From Candidatus Marinacidobacterales bacterium (GTDB lineage Bacteria; Acidobacteriota; Vicinamibacteria; Marinacidobacterales; SMYC01), in assembly GCA_965237955.1 (NCBI GenBank), contig OZ250169.1, positions 6,272,001 to 6,336,000 on the forward strand: a stretch of 64,000 bases of DNA. Reading direction: 5' to 3'. Positions 1 to 9,081 of this stretch are shown in pieces. The position numbers and the translations under genes are program-made. The notes beneath the pieces are model-generated. The model was not told the origin of the DNA. It did no database searches and was given only the letters and a program-made list of their open reading frames with translations. The first letter of the stretch is position 1. Every line of letters begins with the position of its first letter.

Positions 1-385
1 ACACGATCTCCTTGATCTGGTGCTCGATAGCCCACCAGAGGTCCTTGGGCGATAGCACACCGCTCTCGACGAGCGCCTTGCCGAGGCGCTGGCCGCCGCG
101 AATCCGCTGAGACAAACGAAGGTACTCGTCGGCCGAGATCTTGCCGCCCCGGAGGAGAACTTCGCCGAGGCGATCTTGTGTGAGGCTCGAGGCCGCGAAC
201 ACCAGCCGGCCGTCTAGAAAGTAAATCGACTTGCGAACCCCGGCGTTGACGAGCGAGACCATTCCCGTACGCCGGGTCTCACGGAGGACCGCCAGAACCG
301 TGGGTAGACCGACGTCCGAGAGTCTGCCGCGCAAAATCCCGCGCTCAGCGGGATTTTCGGCACTCATAGCGTTGGGAGCGCTCAT
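1..385 (-). CDS. DUF4388 (PatA-N-like) domain protein, 3' end outside window
   Basis: Manual translation MSAPNAMSAENPAERGILRGRLSDVGLPTVLAVLRETRRTGMVSLVNAGVRKSIYFLDGRLVFAASSLTQDRLGEVLL...; not in the ORF track because it runs off the window edge. Confidence 0.8.
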   Translation of the reverse strand, partial: MSAPNAMSAENPAERGILRGRLSDVGLPTVLAVLRETRRTGMVSLVNAGVRKSIYFLDGRLVFAASSLTQDRLGEVLLRGGKISADEYLRLSQRIRGGQRLGKALVESGVLSPKDLWWAIEHQIKEIV

Positions 386-418
386 GGTCGTTCAGCAGGC
401 TGGGGTGTACGGGCTATG

Positions 419-2722
419 CTAAGGGGAGCGACGGTCCTTGTCAACATCTAGACTTGCCTGCGACAAGCTCAATTGGCTCCGACGCGCCACGCGGATTCCG
501 GAATAATAGTGGCTCAGAATCTGGCGGTAGCCATAGCCTGCCGCCGCCATTCCGTACGCGCCGACCTGGCACATCCCGACACCGTGTCCCCAACCCCGTC
601 CAGTGAAAACCCAGCCCTCAATCGTCCCATCCGGGCCGCGCTGGGTATCGACGAAGAACAGGTTTTCGCGAATCCCGAGCGCGCGTCTCACCGCGAGCCC
701 TTCCAGATCCAACGAGCCTCTCGTCCCGACGATCTCGAGCTCGACGATACGACCGGAGCGCCCGTAGCGCTTGGGGCGAAGGTCGACGATCTCCCCGATG
801 CGGCGGATCGCGTTCACCTCGCGGGAGAGGTCTTCATTCGATTTTCTCACGACCCAGTGGGACAGCCGCGAGCTGCGGTCGAAGCTGGCGCCTTCGGAGA
901 CCAGCACGAGCATATCGATTCCCCCATCGCCCATGTGAAACTGCACGCTGTCGCCGGCAAGGAGCCGAAGCTCGCTCGCGTAGTACCTCGACGCGCCGGC
1001 TTTCCGATAGAGGTAGCGCTCGGTTGCGAGGATCGTGGAGAGCTCGTTCTCCTTGTCTCCGAGCGTCTCGTCGGTGACGAACAAACGACCCGCCTCGATC
1101 CTTTCGAGGGTCGCCGCCCGAAGAGGCGGCTCGCCGCGCTCGACAATCACCCGGTAGAGTGTCGCGAGCACTTCTCGCGGGCTGAGCGCTCTACCAGGGT
1201 CGAGACCTTCCGGATCGGGGCGGACCAGATCTTCTTGAATCGCAAACGCGAGATGGCGCCGATCGTTTTCAGATAGCCCAGAAAGTGGCCCCGAAGCAGG
1301 AACGATCCGGGCGGCGTCCTCCGCCGACATCAGAAACGGAAGCCGCCTCTCCCAGCAAAGAGCTTCACCGAGGAGCCTCCCGAGCCCGACGACATCCACG
1401 GGAGAAGATCGGTTTCGGGCGTCAGCGCTAAAACACGGTGTCTGCCCCAGATGCGCCAAGACCCGCTCCAGCCACTCGCGCGCTCTTGCTTCGCTCACCG
1501 CTGCACCCGTTGTACTCTTCGTGGGCGAGGTGATGCCGAGAAGGGACAGAGCCGCGGCTTCGAGTGAGAGCGGTTTCGGATTCGAAGAGCGCACGACGTT
1601 GCCGCGCGATTCGAGAAAACACGCGCGGCTCACGAGATACGGTTGAGCGCTCGAAAAAACATTCTCCGCGTTCTCGGTTCTCCCACCGCAGGTGGACGTG
1701 TAGAGCGCGTCTATTAGCTGGCCCTGGTAAGTCAACACTTCGCCGGTCGTCTCGCGTATCGCCTCATTCGCCATAGGGTGCTCGACCGACACACCGCGAT
1801 AGACCTGACAAGCGGGACTCGCGCAGATGTCGTAGCCGTCGGCCGCGAACTGCCCGCGCCGCTTCTCTGCGTACGTGCGAGCCGCAATCGCTTGCGCCTT
1901 GATGGCTTCTTTTTCAGGAAAGGATTTCGGCGACAGCTCGGCCGGGACCACACCCTTCAGGTAGTCCTCGAGATTCACGACGTTCACGAGCGTGAACGTG
2001 TTGGACGGGTTGACGAAGATTTCGAGGTAGCCGCGATAAGGATTTTCATCGACTTCGATCCACGCGCCGGCGAGCTGGGGCACGGCGAGAAGCGTCAACG
2101 AGGACGTCTGGATAGCGGCCTGCCCGAGAGGACGCAGCACTAGCGCCCGGGGGCGCGGCGTTCGGGTCGGTTCGCGCACGAGCTCGGCGGTCTCGAATCC
2201 GAGCTCGGTCAGCTCCAAAAGCCGAGCGCGCGCGCCGGCCTCGCTCGGGTACGAGCCGACTCGCAACGCGAAGCGTCCACTGCCCGGCGCGCGCCAGATC
2301 ACGAAGTCATCCTCGAGCTCGACCCGAAGCGTGGTGCGCAAAGCCGCAGCTTGCGCGCGAGTGGGAAAGCTACTCAATTGAATGCGGTACACGGCTCCCT
2401 CGAGCACAGCGGATGGGAGCGGCTCGACGAGCACGTCCTGAGTCTCGACGAGGTGTTGGGGCGCGCCCACCCGGAACGGCCGCGATGACGTCAGCCGAAC
2501 CCCTCGCGCGCTCGTCGACAGTCCCACGCGGATGCGTGGTGCAGGTGCGACAGAGTCTATCGACGGAGGCGTGAACGTGGAACGAATCGTGGCAGGTGGC
2601 GATGTCACGGCCTGAGCACTCGCGGGCTCGGGTCGCGGCATCGGACGCGCTGGCGAGCGCGGGGTCTTCCCGCCGCAGGCGAGGGCCAATGCCAGGAATG
2701 GAAGAACGGCTCGTCTAAGCAC
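419..2722 (-). CDS. SpoIID/LytB-family peptidoglycan hydrolase lipoprotein with SPOR-like domain
   Basis: Lipobox LALAC; SPOR-like YRIQLSSF...RVGSY; SpoIID motifs LEDYLKGVVPAE, KAQAIAARTYA, CQVYRG, GRGWGHGVGMCQVGAYGMA. Confidence 0.85.
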   Translation of the reverse strand: MLRRAVLPFLALALACGGKTPRSPARPMPRPEPASAQAVTSPPATIRSTFTPPSIDSVAPAPRIRVGLSTSARGVRLTSSRPFRVGAPQHLVETQDVLVEPLPSAVLEGAVYRIQLSSFPTRAQAAALRTTLRVELEDDFVIWRAPGSGRFALRVGSYPSEAGARARLLELTELGFETAELVREPTRTPRPRALVLRPLGQAAIQTSSLTLLAVPQLAGAWIEVDENPYRGYLEIFVNPSNTFTLVNVVNLEDYLKGVVPAELSPKSFPEKEAIKAQAIAARTYAEKRRGQFAADGYDICASPACQVYRGVSVEHPMANEAIRETTGEVLTYQGQLIDALYTSTCGGRTENAENVFSSAQPYLVSRACFLESRGNVVRSSNPKPLSLEAAALSLLGITSPTKSTTGAAVSEARAREWLERVLAHLGQTPCFSADARNRSSPVDVVGLGRLLGEALCWERRLPFLMSAEDAARIVPASGPLSGLSENDRRHLAFAIQEDLVRPDPEGLDPGRALSPREVLATLYRVIVERGEPPLRAATLERIEAGRLFVTDETLGDKENELSTILATERYLYRKAGASRYYASELRLLAGDSVQFHMGDGGIDMLVLVSEGASFDRSSRLSHWVVRKSNEDLSREVNAIRRIGEIVDLRPKRYGRSGRIVELEIVGTRGSLDLEGLAVRRALGIRENLFFVDTQRGPDGTIEGWVFTGRGWGHGVGMCQVGAYGMAAAGYGYRQILSHYYSGIRVARRSQLSLSQASLDVDKDRRSP

Positions 2723-3982
2723 TTAAGGAAAGATATTGTAGGGGCGCTCGTTGACCCAGAACACAATGACGATGTCGAACGTCTCATCCGGGTAGTCGGC
2801 CGGAAGGGCGAGCAGGCTCGCCCCCTGGATGGCACCCTCGGCATTGTTGTCGAAGCCCGATACGCCGGACCGGTAGACGGTCTCCCACGCGATGACGCTT
2901 CCATCCCTAGCCACGGTGAAACCAACCGCCGTGTGCCCGGCGTATACGCCCGCTGCCAAGGGCATCGACGCAATCCACGTCCGCCTGACTTCCGCCAGCA
3001 TCCGTCGGATCCAGGGTACGAAGTTGGCCCCCTTGTCGTTGTAGTACAGCGTGTGGTCACGCCCCGTCACGACGAGACCGCCCGTGGGGTTGTGAAACTG
3101 AGCGCTCGCGAGAAATCGAGAAATATCAGTGAACCGACCATTCTCGCCGCCTTCGCCCAACTCGGCTCGGGTGACTCGCGGTTCCGGTGGTTGGATCAGA
3201 CGTTGCTGCTCCTCTTCCCTGCGGGCATCTTCGGTCGGCTCGAGCAACGAGTTCGGGAACAGAAGGTCTCCGAGATCCTTGGGATCGATACTGCTATCGG
3301 CAACTTCTACCGCATCGTTGCCGTTATCCGCGCCTTCGACTTCGTCGGAATCAACGTCGTCTTCTCCGGACTCTTCTGCGACGATCGGCTCGGTTTCGAC
3401 CTCGTCAACCTCCTCAGCGTCACCCTCTTCGCCGGGATCTTTCACTTCCTCGTCCGTGTAAAACTCTTCCGTATTGCCGGTCGAGAACGGCAAATCGTCC
3501 ATGACTTCCGCTCGGCGCTCCGGCTCGAGCATCGCTTTCGGAATGAGCAAAGCGTTCTCGTTGGCTTGCGGCTCGGGCGGAGTGGGTTGTGCGTCCGGCA
3601 TGGGAACCACCGGGACAACAGGAACAGCGGCGACTGGCGGTGGCGGTGGCTCTTCGATAAACAGGAGGAGCGGCTTCTCCTTGTCGATCTCGGCGACTTC
3701 CTGCTCGGACTGTACGGTCGAGTCGAGGAGATGGCTAGGGTCGATGAAAAAGAACAAGACGAGGAAGATGTGAGCGAACGCAGAGACGGCGATGCCGACA
3801 CGCGGATCCCCGAGAAGCGGGTCCTGATCATCACCGCGCTCGAAGAACTCGGCCGCATGCTCCGGGTCCGCGAGCAGCGAGAAGAAGAAATCCTCGGCTC
3901 CCCCCCGGGGGATGAGACTTTCGAACCCGCTCGTGGTCTTCCGAAACGGATGATCCTCGATAGACTCGCGCCGCTTCGGCAT
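2723..3982 (-). CDS. TonB/TolA-like energy transducer with C-terminal TonB_C-like domain
   Basis: TM helix with SxxxH (VSAFAHIF), Pro/acidic linker, C-terminal FTVARDGSV...SGVSGFDNNAEGAI; start uncertain (3982 or 4036). Confidence 0.7.
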   Translation of the reverse strand: MPKRRESIEDHPFRKTTSGFESLIPRGGAEDFFFSLLADPEHAAEFFERGDDQDPLLGDPRVGIAVSAFAHIFLVLFFFIDPSHLLDSTVQSEQEVAEIDKEKPLLLFIEEPPPPPVAAVPVVPVVPMPDAQPTPPEPQANENALLIPKAMLEPERRAEVMDDLPFSTGNTEEFYTDEEVKDPGEEGDAEEVDEVETEPIVAEESGEDDVDSDEVEGADNGNDAVEVADSSIDPKDLGDLLFPNSLLEPTEDARREEEQQRLIQPPEPRVTRAELGEGGENGRFTDISRFLASAQFHNPTGGLVVTGRDHTLYYNDKGANFVPWIRRMLAEVRRTWIASMPLAAGVYAGHTAVGFTVARDGSVIAWETVYRSGVSGFDNNAEGAIQGASLLALPADYPDETFDIVIVFWVNERPYNIFP

Positions 3983-4190
3983 GACCGGCTGGCCCCGCCG
4001 GATGGTTTTGCGCCTTCCGCCCTCTCCAATCCGCATTCGCGACTCTAGGGCCGCGTCGGCACTCCAAACTATTGAAGGGTAACGACCTTAACGACCTACC
4101 GGATTATAGCCGCTGTCGATCCCCTGGGCAAGAAACTGCCGGGAGGAGGCCGAGAAATTACATTCGTTACGTGACACGGCTTTTTACAGG

Positions 4191-4424
4191 TTGACATTAC
4201 TAAGGAACCTTGCTGATAACCCAATCGCAGGATTCGGGTACAACGCCTCGCTGCTGTGCTGCATGCCGTCGTCGGCGTGCGTCGAGGACGGTGGGGCACA
4301 TGGAACGATGGCGTTACCGGAGTCCAAGATGCGGAAGCTCGTCACCAACGCCGGCTTCACTCGTTTCCGTCGGATCCACGAGCTCGAGCATCCGTTCAAC
4401 GCCTACTACGAGGCGCGCCCCTAG
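4191..4424 (+). pseudogene. C-terminal remnant of a class I SAM-dependent methyltransferase
   Basis: GYNASLLCCMPSS...HGTM...AGFTRFRR...PFNAYYEARP resembles the C-terminus of Rv2258c-like methyltransferases; the SAM-binding N-terminus is absent. Confidence 0.7.
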
Positions 4425-4554
4425 CAATATTCACTGAGTGGGGATTCGGCGGGCCGGGGTCTCGTCGTTTTCTCGCCCTAGCGGCCGCATCTTCGGGGCC
4501 TCTTTTTGCCACAGAGACACAGAGGCACAGCGCAGCATAGCCGCAACCAACTCA

Positions 4555-4754
4555 CTACGCGCGGAGTGAACTGTCTCCGGACACAGTTGAAACGACGGCT
4601 CCGGTTCCCCGACGCGGTCGGCGGAACGACGGTACTGGTCCATTTTCTCTGTGCCATAGTTCAGTTCCGCCATATACAGGTTGTGGACACGACAGAGGAG
4701 CCGGATGTTAGTGGCACTTCGATCGCCTAAGCGATTTTTTTCAAAGTCGCTCAC
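4555..4754 (-). pseudogene. C-terminal remnant of an HNH endonuclease-like gene
   Basis: NIRLLCRVHNLYMAELNYG is the second half of an HNH motif; the first half is missing. Confidence 0.6.
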
Positions 4755-4794
4755 TGTTTCCGGACGTAGTTCAGCGCGTCAGAGCGAAACTCGC

Positions 4795-5232
4795 AACCGA
4801 GACGAAAGGATTTCTGCATAATTGCGATCTTCATCTCGAACGGAAACCGCTATCTCCGTGCCATCGTGCGACCACTGAGGTGATCCGCAAGGCCTCTTCG
4901 GCGGAGAACGATGTGAGTTTGCGAGGGCTGCCTCCGAGTTCGGACATCACCTGCAAAGTCCAAGACTCAGCTCTTTCGGACAGGAACGCGATCTGACGCC
5001 CGTCGGGGGACCAACTTGGTTGGCGCTGGTGTCCTCCGTGGTCGGACGTCAGGTTCGCACCCTCTCCACCACCCAGTTGTGCCACCCAGATGTCCCAGTC
5101 GCCACTTTGATTCGACTCGTATGCGAGTCTGATCCCATCGGGAGACCACGTGGGGTAGTCCTCGACGCCCGCGGCGGACGTTACTTGAACGGGATTCGTC
5201 AAACGTGACCGAGAGAATACGATCTTTCGCAA
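4795..5232 (-). pseudogene. Fragment of a TolB/PD40 beta-propeller protein
   Basis: Repeats PTWSPDG and PSWSPDG; a third repeat PQWSHDGTEIA lies in a shifted frame; truncated at both ends. Confidence 0.7.
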
Positions 5233-5257
5233 GGCGAGACCACCCGGCTTGGTAGTT

Positions 5258-6217
5258 CTAGAGAGCCATCGCGCTGACGACTCGGAGGGCTAACTCCAGC
5301 GCGGCCCGGCCGTCCTCGCCGGTCACTCGAGGCTCGCGTCCGGTGGCAACCGCGTCGAGAAAGTCGCGGAGCTCGCGGCGCAGGGGCTCTTCGTTTTGGA
5401 CGTTGAGGTCGTCTTTTTGGATGTTGGGCCGTCCGGCGTCGCTGCCGTCACTACCGTCACTATTGGCCACGAGCTGGAAGCGCACGGCTTCCTGCGTCTG
5501 ATAGTCGAGCGACACGTATCGATCGCGTTCGAAGACGCGGAGCTTTCGGACTTTTTCTTGCGAGACCCGGCTGGCGGTGATGTTGGCGACCGCGCCGCCA
5601 TCGAATTTCAGGCGCGCGTTGGCGATATCGACCTTGGGCGTCAAAACCGGCACGCCGACGGCTTCGACGGAAACGACTTCCCTTCCGACGAGCGCGCGCA
5701 CCACATCGAGGTCGTGAATCATCAAATCCAACACGACGTCGATATCGAGGCTACGGGGGCTGAACGAGCCCAATCGATGCACTTCGATGAACCGCGGATC
5801 TTCGACCTGGGCGAGAACGGCTTCGAACCCCGGATTGTAGCGCTCGGTGTGTCCTATTGCAAGCCGGAGATTCTTCTCACGGGCTCGCGTCGTCATGCGT
5901 AGCGCCTGCTCAAGCCCCGGGGCAATGGGTTTTTCTACCAGCACGTGAACGCCCGCATCGAGAAGCGCCGTGGTAATCGCCTCGTGGTCGAGAGTCGGAA
6001 CCGCTACGCTCGCCGCGTGTACGTCAGGCACGAGCTCGTTGAAATCGTTAACACCTCGGATACCGTACTGCTCCGAAATCTCGCGGCATCGATTGCTATC
6101 GATGTCAGCGACGCCGATGAGCTCGGCGGCGTCGAGCTCGGAGTACAGCCGCGCGTGGCGGGATCCGAGCTCGCCGACACCGATGACGGCAACGCGAACG
6201 CGAGCGCGCTCAGGCAT
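5258..6217 (-). CDS. Gfo/Idh/MocA oxidoreductase (GnnA-like UDP-GlcNAc 3-dehydrogenase candidate)
   Basis: VAVIGVGELG, VLVEKP, GHTERYNP, DVVLDLMIHDLD; ATG at 6217 overlaps the lpxI stop. Confidence 0.85.
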   Translation of the reverse strand: MPERARVRVAVIGVGELGSRHARLYSELDAAELIGVADIDSNRCREISEQYGIRGVNDFNELVPDVHAASVAVPTLDHEAITTALLDAGVHVLVEKPIAPGLEQALRMTTRAREKNLRLAIGHTERYNPGFEAVLAQVEDPRFIEVHRLGSFSPRSLDIDVVLDLMIHDLDVVRALVGREVVSVEAVGVPVLTPKVDIANARLKFDGGAVANITASRVSQEKVRKLRVFERDRYVSLDYQTQEAVRFQLVANSDGSDGSDAGRPNIQKDDLNVQNEEPLRRELRDFLDAVATGREPRVTGEDGRAALELALRVVSAMAL

Positions 6218-7037
6218 CGGCAAACCCGTGCACCGCAATGCGGTGCTTGTCGGCCTTGCGCAGGAGCTCGTCTCGATCGACGAGCAGCACGCGCCCGGCT
6301 TGGAGTGCGAGAGCAGTCGCACCCGCGTCCACCATGGAATCGATCGTCGTCGGTCCGACCACGGGTACGTCGAAGCGCATATCCTGATTCGGGCGAGCCA
6401 CCTTCACGACCACGAGAGGTCCTTTCACGACGCTACCAGCCCGTCGAACGGTTTCGTCCGTCCCTTCCATCGCCTCGGCGGCGACCACGGATTTTCGTTT
6501 GACCACGACCGTCTGCCCGATGTCGAGGGCGGCGAGCCCTCTTGCTCGAGCAGCTCCGAAGTCGATGTCGTCAATCTCTTCTTTGCTCGGCTTGCGTTTC
6601 GCCATCGCCCCGTCACTCGCGAGAAACGTTGTCAAAAGCGTCGTCGAGTCGAGGAGCTCGACGCCTTCCTCAGCGAGGACGTCGGCAAGCGTTTTCAACA
6701 TGGCGTCGGTAGTCCGCGATGGAAGCCGAGACAGCACTTTGAGCATGAGCCGATCCGGCTTCAGGATCTGGAACACGCGCACATGCCGGACCCCACCAGC
6801 CATGATCGCCTGCGAAACGCCAGCATCCCGAAAAGTTTTCACACACCGCGAGACCTGGCCGATTCCGACCCACCGAAAGCTCTCGCACTCCGTTTCGAGC
6901 GCCTCGTCGGCTTCACCCTCGACACCGAGCGTCACTACCGAGATCCCCTGCCGTTTGGCCTCGGCAACGACCATGAACGGAAACCGCCCCTCTCCGGCGA
7001 TGAGCCCAAGGGTGGAAGGCAGAGACTTTTTTTTCAA
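6210..7037 (-). CDS. lpxI: UDP-2,3-diacylglucosamine diphosphatase LpxI
   Basis: GLIAGEGRFP, LDIGQTVV, EAMEGTD, KVARPNQDMRFDVPVVG; downstream of lpxA. Confidence 0.92.
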   Translation of the reverse strand: MKKKSLPSTLGLIAGEGRFPFMVVAEAKRQGISVVTLGVEGEADEALETECESFRWVGIGQVSRCVKTFRDAGVSQAIMAGGVRHVRVFQILKPDRLMLKVLSRLPSRTTDAMLKTLADVLAEEGVELLDSTTLLTTFLASDGAMAKRKPSKEEIDDIDFGAARARGLAALDIGQTVVVKRKSVVAAEAMEGTDETVRRAGSVVKGPLVVVKVARPNQDMRFDVPVVGPTTIDSMVDAGATALALQAGRVLLVDRDELLRKADKHRIAVHGFADA

Positions 7038-7137
7038 CGCAAAGACGCCAAGGCGCCAAGGCGCAAAGGGGTTGTTCTTCGACTCAAGGTCCGTTTACGC
7101 GCCACGCGGATCTTTGCGACTCTGCGTCTTTGCGTTG
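7035..7137. repeat. REP-like palindromic element built from 8-mer units (ACGCAAAG/GCGCCAAG)
   Basis: CAACGCAAAGACGCCAAGGCGCCAAGGCGCAAAG...CTTTGCGACTCTGCGTCTTTGCGTTG; related copies at 22871, 47962 and 55765. Confidence 0.85.
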
Positions 7138-7151
7138 TTCTTTTCGACGTG

Positions 7152-7967
7152 TCAGTCAGTATCTTCACGGCCGCGTTTGATGATCACACCCCGCTCGGAC
7201 GACCTCACAAAATCGATGAGCGTACGAACGTCTTCGTTGTCCTGAGACTCCTGGAGCTCGAGCTTGCTCATCGCCTGCGATACGTTGAGGTTCGACTGCT
7301 GTAGCACGCGGAACGCCCAGCGAATCTTGTCGACACGATCCCGGGGAAACTCATGACGCTCGAGGCCGATGGTATTCACCCCGTACAGACAAGCACGGTT
7401 CCCCACCGTCTTCGAGAACGGGAGTACGTCCTTGGTCACGACGGTGTAGCCGCCGATAAACGCGTACATCCCCACGCGGCAAAACTGATGGACACCGCTG
7501 AAGGCACTCACGATAGCGTTATCAGCCACGCTCACATGGCCACCGAGCGTCGCACCGTTACCGAAGATCGTCGAATTCCCGATGACGCAATCGTGGGCGA
7601 TGTGGGTATACGCCATGAACAGGTTCTTGTTGCCGATGGCGGTGCGACTGCCGCCGAGAGCGGTTCCCCGGTGGACGGTGACGAACTCGCGAAAGACGTT
7701 GTCGTTTCCGATCTCGAGCGTCGACACCTCGCCTTTGAATTTCAAATCCTGTGGCTCGAGCCCAATCGACGAGAACGGAAAAATGCGGCACCTTTCTCCG
7801 ATGCGCGTGTAGCCGTCGATCACCGCGCTCGCTTCTATTACGGTTCCTCGACCGAGGTGAACGTGCTCGCCGATGACACAGTAAGGGCCGACCCGCACAC
7901 CGTCTTCGAGACGGGCGCCCTCGTGGATCACTGCAGTGGGATGGCAATCGACGGTTGCCGTTTTCAT
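7152..7967 (-). CDS. lpxA: Acyl-ACP--UDP-N-acetylglucosamine O-acyltransferase
   Basis: Hexapeptide repeats, [30 protein letters not shown]. Confidence 0.95.
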   Translation of the reverse strand: MKTATVDCHPTAVIHEGARLEDGVRVGPYCVIGEHVHLGRGTVIEASAVIDGYTRIGERCRIFPFSSIGLEPQDLKFKGEVSTLEIGNDNVFREFVTVHRGTALGGSRTAIGNKNLFMAYTHIAHDCVIGNSTIFGNGATLGGHVSVADNAIVSAFSGVHQFCRVGMYAFIGGYTVVTKDVLPFSKTVGNRACLYGVNTIGLERHEFPRDRVDKIRWAFRVLQQSNLNVSQAMSKLELQESQDNEDVRTLIDFVRSSERGVIIKRGREDTD

Positions 7968-8404
7968 GTTGGGTCCACTCCGGCCAACGTGAGCTCTGCT
8001 TCTGCCGCGATCTGGCCATCGACTTCGGCTCTTCCGGCGAGCCTTCGGAAATTACCGCGCGCTCTGGACAGACTGACGTGGATCTCGAGGCGATCTCCGG
8101 GAACGACCGTACGCCGGAACTTCGCGTGCTCGATGCCCACCAGGTAGAATTCCTTCCCCGCCCCGCTACCGTCCTCGGGCATGACCAAGAGCCCTCCCGC
8201 CTGGGCGATGGCCTCGAGAATGAGGACACCCGGCATCACCGGCAAACCGGGAAAGTGCCCCTGGAAAAACTCCTCGTTGATGGTGACGTTTTTGACGGCA
8301 ACGATCCGCTCGTCGGGCTCGAGCTCGAGAACGCGGTCCAGCATCAGCAGCGGATACCGATGCGGCAGCCGCTCCATGATCCACTGGATGTCCTTGTCGG
8401 GCAT
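7964..8404 (-). CDS. fabZ: 3-hydroxyacyl-ACP dehydratase
   Basis: [29 protein letters not shown]. Confidence 0.95.
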   Translation of the reverse strand: MPDKDIQWIMERLPHRYPLLMLDRVLELEPDERIVAVKNVTINEEFFQGHFPGLPVMPGVLILEAIAQAGGLLVMPEDGSGAGKEFYLVGIEHAKFRRTVVPGDRLEIHVSLSRARGNFRRLAGRAEVDGQIAAEAELTLAGVDPT

Positions 8405-8447
8405 CAGCGTTTGTTGATCAGTCCGTCACAAAACGTAGCGTTCGCGG

Positions 8448-9050
8448 TTACTTCGGGTTGGCGTCCCCGCCTCCACCGGCGGGCGGCGTGGCCTCATCCA
8501 GCTTCTGGACGATGAGAGGACTGATGTCGAGAGATGGATCGAGCACGAACGTCAATCCAGGCGTTGCGCGAAAAATCAACCCAATGCCCTGCTCCTTAGC
8601 CACAGCCTCGACGATCGGAGCGAGCTTCTCCTGAAACTTCGCTTCGCCGTCCTGTCGCTTCGCTTCGAACGCCGCCTGGGCATCCTCGAGCCAACGCTGA
8701 GCGTCGGTGGTCTTGCGCTCGACGTCACGCTGGAGGCGCACCCTCGCATCCTGCGAGAGGATCTCGGAGTTAAACTTGGCCTGCATGTCCCCGATTTCCT
8801 GCTGGAGGCGAGTGCTCTCCTCTTGCAACTTCTCGTTCTCGGTCCGGAGCTCCTCGAAGAGCGCTTTGCCTTCCTTCGACTCAGCCGCGATCAGTTCGAT
8901 ATCGATCACCGCGATCTTGGTGTTGGCGCCGGTTGGACTCGTCACCGTGGCGCCGGCGGTTTGAGATCCGGCCGTCTGTCCGGCCTCTCCGACGACGAGG
9001 CCCGGGACAAGCACCAAAGCGGCCACGCCTGCCACTTTCAATAGCTTCAT
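8448..9050 (-). CDS. skp: OmpH/Skp periplasmic chaperone
   Basis: Signal peptide, KIAVID, coiled coil; directly downstream of bamA. Confidence 0.85.
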   Translation of the reverse strand: MKLLKVAGVAALVLVPGLVVGEAGQTAGSQTAGATVTSPTGANTKIAVIDIELIAAESKEGKALFEELRTENEKLQEESTRLQQEIGDMQAKFNSEILSQDARVRLQRDVERKTTDAQRWLEDAQAAFEAKRQDGEAKFQEKLAPIVEAVAKEQGIGLIFRATPGLTFVLDPSLDISPLIVQKLDEATPPAGGGGDANPK

Positions 9051-9081
9051 GGTTGATGTTACTCCTTCATGCCAAGGGGGA

